A stretch of DNA of 64,000 nucleotides from Rebecca billardiae RCC1528 (GCA_965240325.2 OZ251234.1:930001-994000), one strand, 5' to 3'; shown: positions 21,736 to 33,116, numbered from the stretch's first letter. Numbers and translations are program-made. The notes: generated by a model not told the origin, from the sequence alone.

Positions 21736-22989
21736 CTATGCAGTAGTCGTGTGAAGCTCGGCACTGCCAGGGGCAGGATCCCAGCCCACACTTTCTCTCA
21801 AGCTGCCTCCTTTAACGAGCCACCAGGTCCGTGCTGATTTGGTCCGCATGCCTTCTTTGGTTACGTAGGTGGATGGGTCGTAGCCCTGAGACTCGAGCGC
21901 ACTCTCCACAACCCTCATCCAGTAGCCCATGGTCACTCGAGACTTGGCCGCCTGCATGATCGGCGCGAGCAACTCATGACTGGTCGCCAAATGGTCAGGC
22001 CGCGGGTCCTCCCACTCGTCCACCACCACATGCGGAAAACGCCAGTAGAGCGCTTTGCTCAGATGGCTGCGCTTGACGACTGGGATGGTGCCCAGGATGA
22101 TGGACTCGTAGAAGCGATGCGTATCGAGACCGTTGCCCTCGGGGCACAGCTCGAAGGCGTACTTGGCGTGCGCTGCGTACGTATCCGGCCTGGAGAGTCG
22201 GGGCAGGAAGTCGATGTAGCTGCGGTTCTGCAGAGCCAGAACCATGTCCCGCCTGGGAAACAAGCCGAGCGCGGATTTCGAGACAACCGGCTTCCTGCCC
22301 TTGGCCTGCGCTGAGTGGTGCGAGGTCGAGAGCACCCGCGGGCTGCGCTTCGCAGTGGGCGGCAGGGATAGCGCAGCTTGTGCCATTTCTGCGAAGTCCT
22401 TGCTTTGTTTCCAATGGACGGCCCTGGACTCAAGCCCTATGGGCAACACCGTGAGCTTCGGGTGGTTGGCAATCGGGTCGACCCAATCCTCAGCGAAGAG
22501 CTGGACGAGGTCAGGGTCGTCCAGGATTTGTATCGGCCTGCCATTTGGTCCCAGCTTCTTCATCGGCCAGTTGTACGTGGACGCATCTGAGGACTGGTAC
22601 GCATCGTCAATCACGAAGAGGACGTATGGCATCCCAGAGACCGGCTTGGACAGGAAATCGGCGATCTTGCGCTTATCAACCACACGCGTCTGGATGCCAG
22701 GCACGGCCAACGCAGAGAAGACGCGGCGGTAGTAGAATCGAGCCGCGGGGAAGTGCCAGAGCTCAGCACGTAACGTGTTGTACGAGCGGCGCCTTGCTGT
22801 GCCGATGACGGTCTGGGCCAGGGTTCGCTCGGTGCGATTAGGCGTGGGCGAAGCTACCAAAGAAGCAGCGCGCGGCGCGCAGCGCACCAAAGGCGATACG
22901 CCCAGCAGCACCGCCACGACGCCTCCCGTCCAAGCAACCGTCCTCGGCTTCACGAGGCAGGCGCTTCGCGGAGCAGTCGCGGCTGCCAT
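21736..22989 (-). CDS. Exostosin/GT47-like glycosyltransferase-related protein, intronless
   Basis: LPIGL motif, YAFELCPEGNGLDTHRFYESIILGTIPVV, P.VVVDEW. N-terminal membrane anchor. Confidence 0.75.
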   Translation of the reverse strand: MAAATAPRSACLVKPRTVAWTGGVVAVLLGVSPLVRCAPRAASLVASPTPNRTERTLAQTVIGTARRRSYNTLRAELWHFPAARFYYRRVFSALAVPGIQTRVVDKRKIADFLSKPVSGMPYVLFVIDDAYQSSDASTYNWPMKKLGPNGRPIQILDDPDLVQLFAEDWVDPIANHPKLTVLPIGLESRAVHWKQSKDFAEMAQAALSLPPTAKRSPRVLSTSHHSAQAKGRKPVVSKSALGLFPRRDMVLALQNRSYIDFLPRLSRPDTYAAHAKYAFELCPEGNGLDTHRFYESIILGTIPVVKRSHLSKALYWRFPHVVVDEWEDPRPDHLATSHELLAPIMQAAKSRVTMGYWMRVVESALESQGYDPSTYVTKEGMRTKSARTWWLVKGGSLRESVGWDPAPGSAELHTTTA

Positions 22990-23172
22990 CGCAAGCTGTC
23001 CCGCGCCCACTGTTGCCCGGGCGTCCGAAGGCTGCTTGACCGATCAAACAGTGGCAACGTATCCATACAATGCAAAGTGACACCGGAACACGTCATCACT
23101 ACTACCCGGACCGGGGCTGAAGTCGTCTGCTTGCAAGGGGTTTGCAGCTGGCAGCAGTCCTGAGAGCAGGAG

Positions 23173-25398
23173 CAAGGGAGTCAAGGGTGCCCGCGCCCCA
23201 GTGGCGCGCTCGGCGGATGTGAGGATACACCTTTTTGCCCGGCGCCCTGCGGCGGCTGCGGCGAGGGCGTGCTCCGCTGGCGGGGCGAGCGCACGGGGCA
23301 CGGCGCTGCGGGCGCGGATGTGCTCGTGAAGCCGGCGCGTGGGGACGGGCTGTTGTGGGAAAGCACCTGGCGCCCTCCTGCGCCGCGCGACCTGCGCCAC
23401 GCCTCTTTCGCCTCGGCTCAGAGCAGCGCGCACGCACGCGCCGCCTCAAGGCCAGCCTTGCCGCGCCGCAGCCGGTCGCGCGCGCGCCGTGCGCGGCGTG
23501 GTCGGGAAGGAACGGGCGATGCTGCCGGGCGAGATGGCGACATCATGTGCGCACGCCATGCCGCCCCGCGGCGCCTTGATGAGCGTGTCGTCGGTCTGTT
23601 TGCATGCCTCTTCGACTTGTCACAAATGGTGTGCACAGCCTCGCGGTCGTGACCCTTGTCGGGACGATCATTGAGACACAGAACAGTTCCAGACGGCCGC
23701 GCGGGCTACTCTTGCATGGATGTAAATCACTGCGTGGACATGTAGAAGTGCTGGATGCGACGCTTTCCTCGCGCTGATGCTCTTTCATCATCTTCTTCGA
23801 GCTCAGGTCTGGCTCCGGGCACGGCAAGAAATCAGCACTCGTCAACAGCTGTGCGGATCCGTTATCGTGCCCTTTCGCGGCGCCGCGGGGCGGCATGGCG
23901 TGCGCACATGATGTCGCCATCTCGCCCGGCAGCATCGCCCGTTCCTTCCCGACCACGCCGCGCACGCGGCGCGCGCGACCGGCTGCGGCGCGGCAAGGCT
24001 GGCCTTGAGGCGGCGCGTGCGTGCGCGCTGCTCTGAGCCGAGGCGAAAGAGGCGTGGCGCAGGTCGCGCGGCGCAGGAGGGCGCCAGGTGCTTTCCCACA
24101 ACAGCCCGTCCCCACGCGCCGGCTTCACGAGCACATCCGCGCCCGCAGCGCCGTGCCCCGTGCGCTCGCCCCGCCAGCGGAGCACGCCCTCGCCGCAGCC
24201 GCCGCAGGGCGCCGGGCAAAAAGGTGTATCCTCACATCCGCCGAGCGCGCCACTGGGGCAAGGGTAGTAAGGGTGAGCAACTCCGCTGGCGACAGCCGCG
24301 AAGGTCGGGAGCCCTCTGTTTGCCGCGAGCGGAGCGGAGCGAGTGCTATCAGCGGCGGAGGGCGCTGAGGCCGCGCACGGCGTGAGGCGCGGCGTCGGCC
24401 GAGTCGGTCCGCGGAGGATGCGCGGCGCTCGGCCCGCTGCGCAGCGGCAGTGCGCCTCACTTTGCCCCGAGCGCCGTCCTCCGCGTCGCCTCCTGCCCGC
24501 CTTGGAGCAGCACGCATGTGCGCGCCGCCACCTTGAAGGCGGCACGGGCTTGCTCAGACGACCGCGCGCGCGTGGCGCGCGACTTGGTCGGCTGCGCGCG
24601 CGCGCCGCCGCGGTGCAAGGTAGCGCCGCCGCATGCGCGCGCCGTGCCAGCGCGAGAGCGTGTGCGCGGACCTGAGTGCGACCTCACACACATGTCGAAT
24701 GCTGCTTGGCATCCGACTTGCGGACTGACGGGAAGCTGGAAAAGACAGCGGCGTGAGTGTTGGTACCATCGATGCGGAGCCTTAGCGTCCACTTGCATTC
24801 GTGCTGAGAAGAAATAGACAAGACTAGGCCTTCGTCCTGGGTATCCAATGTCACTCAACACCTCGCTGATCGACCCGACGAGTGCCAGCGTGAGGCACAG
24901 CAAATCATTCGTGAGAGCAAGCAGACAAGCGAGCACTACGCTCATGAGATGGCCGTGAGCAAAGGCTCGCGCGGGCACGGCGCGCGCATGCGGTGGCGCT
25001 ACCTTGCACCGCGGCGGCGCGCGCGCGCAGCCGACCAAGTCGCGCGCCACGCGCGCGCGGTCGTCTGAGCAAGCCCGTGCCGCCTTCAAGGTGGCGGCGC
25101 GCACATGCGTGCTGCTCCAAGGCGGGCAGGAGGCGACGCGGAGGACGGCGCTCGGGGCAAAGTGAGGCGCACTGCCGCTGCGCAGCGGGCCGAGCGCCGC
25201 GCATCCTCCGCGGACCGACTCGGCCCACGCCGCGCCTCACGCCGTGCGCGGCCTCAGCGCCCTCCGCCGCTGATACAGTAGCACTCGCTCCGCTCCGCTC
25301 GCGGCAAACAGAGGGCTCCCGACCTTCGCGGCTGTCGCCAGCGGAGTTGCTCACCCTTACTACCCTTGACTGGGGCGCGGGCACCCTTGACTCCCTTG
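23173..25398. mobile_element. Non-autonomous foldback element (P-like termini), interrupted by a nested relative
   Basis: Ends CAAGGGAGTCAAGGGTG...CACCCTTGACTCCCTTG. ~400-bp TIRs around a ~310-bp core. 1109 bp after removing the nested element and one TSD copy. Confidence 0.85.
24259..25368. mobile_element. Nested foldback element, 1110 bp, 7-bp TSD
   Basis: Ends CAAGGGTAGTAAGGGTG...CACCCTTACTACCCTTG. ACTGGGG duplicated at 24252-24258 and 25369-25375. ~395-bp TIRs. Confidence 0.9.
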
Positions 25399-25460
25399 GC
25401 AAAGGAGGGTCCATCCGCCTTGTCCATCCATCCGCCTTCCCCGCCTTCCAGACGAGCGGC

Positions 25461-26390
25461 ATGTCGCACGAGCTCGACGCCGGCTCGAGCGCGTGCGTGC
25501 ACTCGCTCACAGGCCGGACGGAGTTGAACGGAGAACTCGTCACGCTCCTGTCGTACGACGCACCTTCCGCGCGTTGGGTGTGCCGCCTTTCGGACGGCGG
25601 CCGTGTCTCCCTGCGAGGTGCTAACCTGCAGCCAATTCGCTCTGCCGGCGGCGGCGGCGGCCGTGGGAGTGCGGCGCTAGACCGCGGGGCCAGCACGGAC
25701 TGGACCGCGCGCATGGCGTCCTTCCCTTGGGCGCACTTCTTCGGCGGCTTGGCCGTGACGCTGCTCGCTGGCCACTTTGTGCTCGGCGGTGAGACGACAG
25801 CGAACGCCGCACGCCCCAAGCTGCGCCGCGCGAGTGCCAGCCACACTGCTCGCAAGGCGTACGACATCGCCGCCGCCGCATTTGCGGGGACAAGTGGCCC
25901 TGGTCTTTCCTCCTGGGTGCCACTCCTCCTGCTCATCGCGGGCGCTGGCTTTGTGTATGCCAACTTTGTCGACGCCGGCGCGGGCGGCGCTGGCACTGAC
26001 CTGCAGCGCCGCCTTCGCCGCGGCTACGCGGCGCTCGGCGCGCGCGTGGCATCGCTTGCCGCCACCTTCTCCGCCTTCCACATGGTCGTGCTCGCCGTCG
26101 GCGCCATGCTCGTCTGGAGCCTCTACACCGACCAGCTGCAGCTCAACCTCGAAGCGCACCGGCTGATCTTTTTGCCGATTGTCCTGTACGCGCTGTGGAG
26201 CTCACGCGGGCAGTGGCACAACATGTCCCCCTTCCAGATGCTGTGGATCGCGGACATGCTCATGCGCATGTTTCGGCCTGGCGGCGGGCGGGCGTACCCT
26301 CCGCGGCCGCGCTATGGCGGCCACCCACACACCGGCTTTGGGGGCATGCGTTACGGCGGCGGCGGGATGCGTCGGGGTGTCTTCTTCTGA
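25461..26390 (+). CDS. Membrane protein with N-terminal SH3-like protist domain and Gly/Arg-rich tail
   Basis: G....HSL..R.ELNG....L.YD....RW...L..G..V.LR..NL motif, about 4 hydrophobic helices, GGMRYGGG tail. Confidence 0.7.
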   Translation: MSHELDAGSSACVHSLTGRTELNGELVTLLSYDAPSARWVCRLSDGGRVSLRGANLQPIRSAGGGGGRGSAALDRGASTDWTARMASFPWAHFFGGLAVTLLAGHFVLGGETTANAARPKLRRASASHTARKAYDIAAAAFAGTSGPGLSSWVPLLLLIAGAGFVYANFVDAGAGGAGTDLQRRLRRGYAALGARVASLAATFSAFHMVVLAVGAMLVWSLYTDQLQLNLEAHRLIFLPIVLYALWSSRGQWHNMSPFQMLWIADMLMRMFRPGGGRAYPPRPRYGGHPHTGFGGMRYGGGGMRRGVFF

Positions 26391-28585
26391 TCGCCGCCAG
26401 TCGCGGAGCCGTGCTGCGGGGCGTGCCTGCGGCCCGGCGAGCCATCTGTGATCTGACCGTCGCACATCTTGCAGGATTCATCTGGCATAGTCTGCTCAGA
26501 TCCGCCGTAGCATTACCTCGGTGCGAGCCGCAGCGAAGACTGTCCCGCAGGCCCAATAAGCTAGGCCAATAAGCTATGTCGTAAGGCGGTCCGTCCCCCG
26601 GGGGCCCGGGCGGGGGCGGACCATGCCGTGACTATCACAGTCACTGAATCCGTGATGGCTCACAGTAATCCATATATTCACACTTGATGTTGGCAACATG
26701 CAAGGCCGGCGCAGTCACAGTGCTGGCGGGTTGAGACCCCGCCTTTTCTGACGAGCTCCGCGTGCTCCGCGCTGGCGCGGAGCGGCGGGCGCTTTCCAGT
26801 AAAATCTTCCGGCCGTTTCAGCCGAGACAGCATGGCACCTCGGCCCCGCCCGCGCCGCCACGCCCGCACCCCGGTGCCGCCGCCGCCACAGCCGTTCGCA
26901 CTGGATATCGTCCGTCCCCGCCTGCACTGCTAACTGTGCTGATGCCACCCATGTCGACCGCCTCAACACGGCTCGTGCCGCATCATGTGTGCGCATTCTC
27001 GCGGCGACACCCGCGGCCTGCCGCGCCGGCTGCCATTGAGCAATCCCGTGGACGCGCTCGCGCCGACGAGCCAAGCGGCCACGGAATCGGTGGGCTCAGT
27101 AGACAGCCAGCCAGCAGGCTGACGCGGACTGCCATGTGAGGCCCGTGCAAACGCGCGATCGTCACAGTGTGTGCCACCATGATGCGAGCCCGTCCACAGT
27201 GATGCACGCGCTGCAATGGTGATGTTGTGCGCGTCGAACGTCAAGCGCCCAAGCTGCACGGGCTGCTCTGCACGTTCCTGGCAGAAGCAGACAGGTCGAC
27301 TGTCAACAGCTTAGCCCCCTCCCATGCGTCAGAGTGCGTCCCGCCGTTCTATGAGGCTGCATTCTGAGCTGGCACGAGCAGCCGTGATTCTGTGACGAGT
27401 GTGAACGTGCCTTCCCAGCGTCACTCTCCAACTGACCGGAGGCAGATCGAGGCATTATGAGTTCTAAAGCCGTTCCGTGCAGGCACGGCGAGCGTGGCGG
27501 GCATGCAGCGCGTGCAGCGTACGTGCCAGCACGCCGGCTTCGCTCGGCCCATCCTAGCTGATTGGACTGGTGAACGTCGAGCTGATATCAGAAGCTCACC
27601 AGGTTGCCCTTCTGCTTCTGACAGCTCCGCGCGGACAGCGGAGGGCAACAGGAAGGCACCGCACGGCACTTGTAGCTAAGCTACCTGATTGCAGGCTCTC
27701 GCGGCGGCACCACGCCGGATCGCAGGCTGAGATGTCGCTCTGAAGGCTGGCGATGACGCCCGTGACGGTGTCAACGAGCCGGGCAATCACCGACATCGCA
27801 AAGGGGGTCACCACCACCGGGTGCGGGTGTCGAGTGGCCAGCTCATCTTCACGCGCGCGCCGGTATCGTCCTCGTCGTCAACGTCAAGACGAGGGTGCTT
27901 GTCAACTGCGGACGGCGCGACCGGGGTCATACTGGCGGGTGGAACAGACGCGCCTCCACCTGCTGGCTGCGGCTCATCGACTCGCCATGCACGCGCCGAC
28001 AGGCGGCGGCACAACGGGTGCGCACCGCAGGCATGAGATCGGACGGATTGTGATCAAGAAGCACTTGAAGCTCACTGAAGCTCGCCAATTTTGTGTAGGC
28101 CGTGTTCAGTATGACCCCGCCCAGCCCTCCATATGGGTCATTCTGCGTCGTTTTGCGTCGTTTGACCCGTTTTCGACCATTTTGTGCCCGCCACGCCCAA
28201 AACCACCCGGGTGCAAACAAGCAGTGCGCGTGCGGTGAGCGCGGCGCGCACGTGGTGCGCACCTCGCGAGACAGCCGGCCTAGACCCTTCCAGACCGCTA
28301 CGATTCGCGGCGGCGGCGCGCGCGCCGTCATTGGCGCCCCCCGCGCCTCCGTGCGAGGGGCTTCGCTCGACGAGGTTCCGCTTCGTGCGCCGCTTCGCCA
28401 TCGGCACGATGGCGGCCTCTCGGTGGGGGTTGGTCCGGTACGGTCCGGCTGCAGACTGAATTTGTTTTCGCGACACGAAATTCACGGCGGAATAAAAAGG
28501 GGACCGAGTCGTTCGGCTCGGTGCTCGGGAATCTCCTTGATCACGGCCGTCGCCGCGCGGGTAGCGGAAATTAGCACCAGCCGCC

Positions 28586-29326
28586 ATGTCGGCCGTGCTG
28601 CGCTGGCTCGGCCTCGGCGCGAAGAAGACAGAGATCCAGCGATCGACCGTGTTTAAGAGCAACTTTCGACTCAAGAAGCCGGAGTGGGCAAAGTTCGTGG
28701 AGGGCGTCTCCCCGGGCATGTCAACTATCGCGGCTGCGGTTGCTTCCCGAGCGGGCGGCCCACAGGTCGTCGTAAAGCGCGTCTCGGACCTGGAGGTCCT
28801 CGCCTACGTGGTGGCGCCCTCGGGCAGCGAGATGTCATTCTACGAGTCGCTCGCGTCTGCTCCTGAGATGAAGGACGCGCTCGCTCCCCTCGCGACGCAG
28901 GTCGGCGCCACCGAATCACACGATGCTGTGTGGTGGTCATGGGCGGGCACAGGCGCGGGCTTGCAGGAGGTCACCGTGACGAAGACGTGCTTCGATGTGC
29001 GCGCAGGATCATATGACGACTTCATCTCGCAGTTTGAGTCGCAGTCGCACAAAATCCGTCCGCACGCGGAGGAGACGGGCATTCTGTGGCAGGCAGCGTA
29101 CTTCAAGCCACAGGCAGAGGAGAACGTCGACAAGGTGGCCTTGCTCTCTGTCTTCGAGAACGAGGCTGGGCCTCGCAGCATGGGGCCGCGGCTGCCCAAG
29201 CTGTATGCTGATATGGGGCTGTCCCGTTTCATGGCCGCGCAGCCCCAGATCGACACCTCTGCGCACGGCTCATACCTCAACCCGGTGGATTCTCCCGGTT
29301 TCACCTGCACAGCTGAGGCCAAGTAG
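28586..29326 (+). CDS. Hypothetical protein, possible dimeric alpha/beta-barrel (ABM-like) domains
   Basis: 246-aa ORF with normal globular composition and a gccATG context. Pattern F.V..G.YDDF...F ... V..LSVFENE. Confidence 0.65.
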   Translation: MSAVLRWLGLGAKKTEIQRSTVFKSNFRLKKPEWAKFVEGVSPGMSTIAAAVASRAGGPQVVVKRVSDLEVLAYVVAPSGSEMSFYESLASAPEMKDALAPLATQVGATESHDAVWWSWAGTGAGLQEVTVTKTCFDVRAGSYDDFISQFESQSHKIRPHAEETGILWQAAYFKPQAEENVDKVALLSVFENEAGPRSMGPRLPKLYADMGLSRFMAAQPQIDTSAHGSYLNPVDSPGFTCTAEAK

Positions 29327-30532
29327 CGAGTATGAGTGTGAAACGGACCTGGCGACATGGTGCTGCTGATGGCTCTGCATGGTGATGCAGAGTGCGCCAT
29401 GCGGGCGTCCGCTCGTCAATGGCGTCGTGAGGCATCATGCCTGCTGGCCAATGGGACTGGGAGGGAGTGGCCCCGGAACCGCCCGGACTCGCAGTGTCGC
29501 TGCAGGACCCGGAGCAGGTGCTGCGCCGGCTGCCGCCGGGGCAGATGGTGCTGCCAGTTCGGTAGCTGCAGGTCTAAATACTGTGACATTCGTAAAGTTC
29601 TATACATATTCGTCGGTAACGGGGTGCAGCACCGCCGGTTCGACGTCGCCGGCCGGTTGATTTATTATTAATTGATGAGCGCCAGAGTCAAGAGTCAGCC
29701 TCAATGACCGATACCACTGCTAGATATCAGTACATTGTATAATCGGCGGCGGCAATGGTCATTGTCATATTGTATAGTCATTGATCACCATGCTGAATAT
29801 GGCTCTGCGGCGCGGCCGGCGCACGCCAACGGCCGGCGCGGTCCGTCAGCTCGATCTCAGAGACGCCATAGGCCAACTACGGGAAGGAGGCTGACGGTCT
29901 CTGCTCTGTGTGCTCCGAAGCGGTATAGATTAAGTGCCTAGTCCGCGACTAAGTCGATTATTACTCGGCCGACCACTACCAGTCAACCAGACTGCGTGGG
30001 ATATGGCAGTGTGAGTCCGGGTCCCGGACCCGGGCCGAGCGAGCAGTTTGATTATGATGATTATTGACACACCATGACCGCTAAGCTACTGAGTGAATCA
30101 ATGAGCCGGCCGACCCCAGCCTTGAGCCGGCCGACCCGAGCCCCACTGGGATACAAAGGCTGATAGGCCGCGCTGCCTTGGATTTTATTATGCATTACCG
30201 TAACTATGCCTCTGGGATGTCAATTAAGGTGTAGGCCTAAGGCCGTTTAGCGCCTTGCCGGCCGCGTATTGCACTTGGCCTTGGGCGGGCGGATCGGTAT
30301 GCTTGGCCTTGCCGATTGAGCATTCCTCGGCCTGACGGTTCCCGTACGGAAGTAGGGAAGATCAGACCCCCGGGCCGGGCGCCGATGCCCGGGTGCCATG
30401 GCCGAGCCCGATGGCGTGCTCCTAAGTCATCATTTATCAGCACTCGATCAGCGCGGCTCGTCGGGCCGGCGTTGCGGGCCAGTGTCGTCGCCGACTGACG
30501 TCGGGCCGGCGTTGCGGGCCAGTGTCAAGCTA

Positions 30533-30722
30533 TGACATTGCGCGGCTTACACTACCGTGTTTATTAATGTGTTTATTAATGATAATAATAATAATATGAA
30601 TATGAACATGAATATGAATATGAATATGAACATGAATATGAACATGAATATGAACATGAACATGAACATGAACATGAACATGAACATGAACATGAACATG
30701 AACATGAACATGAACATGAATA

Positions 30723-30782
<60 letters not shown>
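30533..30782 (+). repeat. (ATGAAY)n + (TA)n tract flanked by the 10-bp direct repeat TGTCAAGCTA
   Basis: Direct repeats at 30523-30532 and 30783-30792. Confidence 0.85.
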
Positions 30783-30786
<4 letters not shown>

Positions 30787-31447
30787 AAGCTAGTCGATCA
30801 CTATTTCCGCGGCGGCCGCCCCGGCAGCTCGGCAGCCGGCCGGGCCGCCCCGGCGGGGGCTACCGCCGCCGGCCGCCGATTCGGACCGCGTCTGACCGTG
30901 GCGAACCGTAGTAAATCATGCCGCCAGCCTCAGTCGTGCCGACTGACGGGCCGGACGGAGTCAGACGGTAGATCGCTGTCTTCGATCGTCAGCAGCGACT
31001 GGCTGAGCATCCGATCAGCTCGTCCGATGAAGCCCACGAATCATCATCAGCGGCAGCAACTTTTGTAGTGCGCACATTATGGCCCGCGGTGCAGGGCGGA
31101 GCGCGCAGCGTGGAGCCCGCACCAGCGGGCCGGAACCACGTTTCAAAAAGATCTTTGATCAAGAAAAAGGGACGCGGGGGCCGATTTTTAGGGCTGGCGG
31201 AGACCGAGTTTCGAATTTTGAGACCCTCTCTACAGATGCATCACGGAGAAAAAAACCGCGTCCACGACATTCCCCTAATCAATCGTGGACGGCCGGGCGT
31301 GAGAGTTCACTTCTGTGTGAAGTAGGACGGTTACAAGTCCAATACAAGCGTCAGCTTCTTTGAGGCTATTTTTGCACGTCCTTACGGGATCAGCGAAGTA
31401 ACCAACCGATATATATTGGCTTCGTCGGGGTCGTATTCACTACTGGA

Positions 31448-31946
31448 GAACATTTGCACCGCGCTTCGTATTCATATGTATGGTTCACGCAGGCATAAAA
31501 TCGCTTCGTCGGGGTCGTATCCACTATACTGGAGAACATCATTTGCACCGCTTCGTTTTCATACATTATAATGTATATGGTTCATGGACTGCTAGGCGGG
31601 GTCGAGCAGAATATCATCGATATTCATCAGGCGCACGTGTGCGTATTCATCATCAGCCTTCGGGAATTGGGAGTAGCTATTGGCCTTTTGCCCTCTGAAC
31701 ATTTGCACCGCGCTTCGTATTCATATGTATGGTTCACGCAGGCATAAAATCGCTTCGTCGGGGTCGTATCCACTATACTGGAGAACATCATTTGCACCGC
31801 TTCGTTTTCATACATTATAATGTATATGGTTCATGGACTGCTAGGCGGGGTCGAGCAGAATATCATCGATATTCATCAGGCGCACGTGTGCGTATTCATC
31901 ATCAGCCTTCGGGAATTGGGAGTAGCTATTGGCCTTTTGCCCTCTG
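31448..31946 (+). repeat. Perfect 249-bp tandem duplication
   Basis: Units start at 31448 and 31697. An internal sub-repeat GCTTCGTCGGGGTCGTAT.CAC.. also occurs at ~31420. Confidence 0.95.
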
Positions 31947-31991
31947 GCGAGCCAGGAGCAGGCTCGAGGCCACTTTTGCGCTCACGTGGAC

Positions 31992-32507
31992 ATGATGCCG
32001 AGCACGTCAGCTGGCGACGCCGACGAGGACCGCGCTCGCCGCGTATTGAACGTGCTGCTCGAATCCGGGGCAGTGAAGAAGGTGGCTAAGAGCACGCTCC
32101 AGAGCATCGCTGCTGCCATCTCAGTCGTGAGGCACGAGCAGGACGTGCCCTCTGCGGCCGTGAAGTACAACGTGCCCAAATGGTCGATCTACAACTTCGT
32201 TCGCAAGGTCCGCACCGTGCTGGAGGACGAGGGCGCAATCGCCAGGGGGAGCGCGACGCGACTGATCACCGACTTCACCACGCGCCCCGCAGGCCAGCTC
32301 CCTCCCTCCTCCTCACCCGGCCCAACAGCTGGCAGCCGCTTTGCGGCACTCACTCTCGGCCCGCGCCGGCGAGTCTGTCTGCAGCGCTGGACGGGCGGAC
32401 CTAGGAGGACGAGCTGCGGCGCGGGCGACGGTGGTGCGCGACGTCCCCAGAGCTGGCCGTGCCTCTGCGACGCGTGCCGAGCCCGACCGAGGTGTGTCAC
32501 CCCGTGA
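31992..32507 (+). pseudogene. Truncated pogo/Tigger-like transposase N-terminus (psq-type HTH)
   Basis: AAISVVRHEQDVPSAAVKYNVPKWSIYNFV matches the HTH_psq pattern. No DDE domain follows. Upstream region is AT-richer and repetitive. Confidence 0.5.
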
Positions 32508-33116
32508 CCCCGTGCAGTGCACGCGCGGCGCGCGAAATAACGATCACCGGTGCCCTCGCACCTCGGCACACACAGTGCTCCCTCTGGCTGTCAGCTCCGC
32601 GTAGATAGAGTTGCGCTCATGCGTCGATCACGCCTCGCGCCCGCCTGTCGGCCGTCGCGCAGGCGCTGGTCGAACCCTACTCGGACCAGTGCAAATCATC
32701 TACTGACTACTCCTGGCGCTGCCGCGGCGCGGTGTGACGACAGACAGCGCGGTCAGCAGCAGCGGCCCGAACGAATCCGCGGCCCCGCACAGTGTTCCCT
32801 GGCTGTCAGCTCCACGTGGCCTGGCGTGCACGTGGAGTCGCGCTCATTCGTCGATCACGCCTCGTCGCATCCGCCTGTACACAATCCGGGCGCCGCGCCG
32901 GCGGCTGCGATGGGCCCGCGCCCGCGGCGCCGGCGCCGGGGCGCAGCGGCGCGCCGCTGGAGTCTAGTTGTACGGGCATGCAACTGGCTGGTCTGTCAAT
33001 AGACGACTGCGACGGAGGGTGCACCGCCACCGCGGGCCCCGAACTACGTTCGTTCTACGGAAAAGGACCGCGGAACGCGGTCATTCGGCACAACTCGCAA
33101 GTGGATAGTCTCAGAC

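Noticed and set aside
23044-25460. Protein-coding genes inside the foldback elements, and the N-terminal extension of ORF 24993-26390
   Set aside because: ORFs run through TIRs and are broken differently between copies. The real gene most likely starts at ATG 25461.
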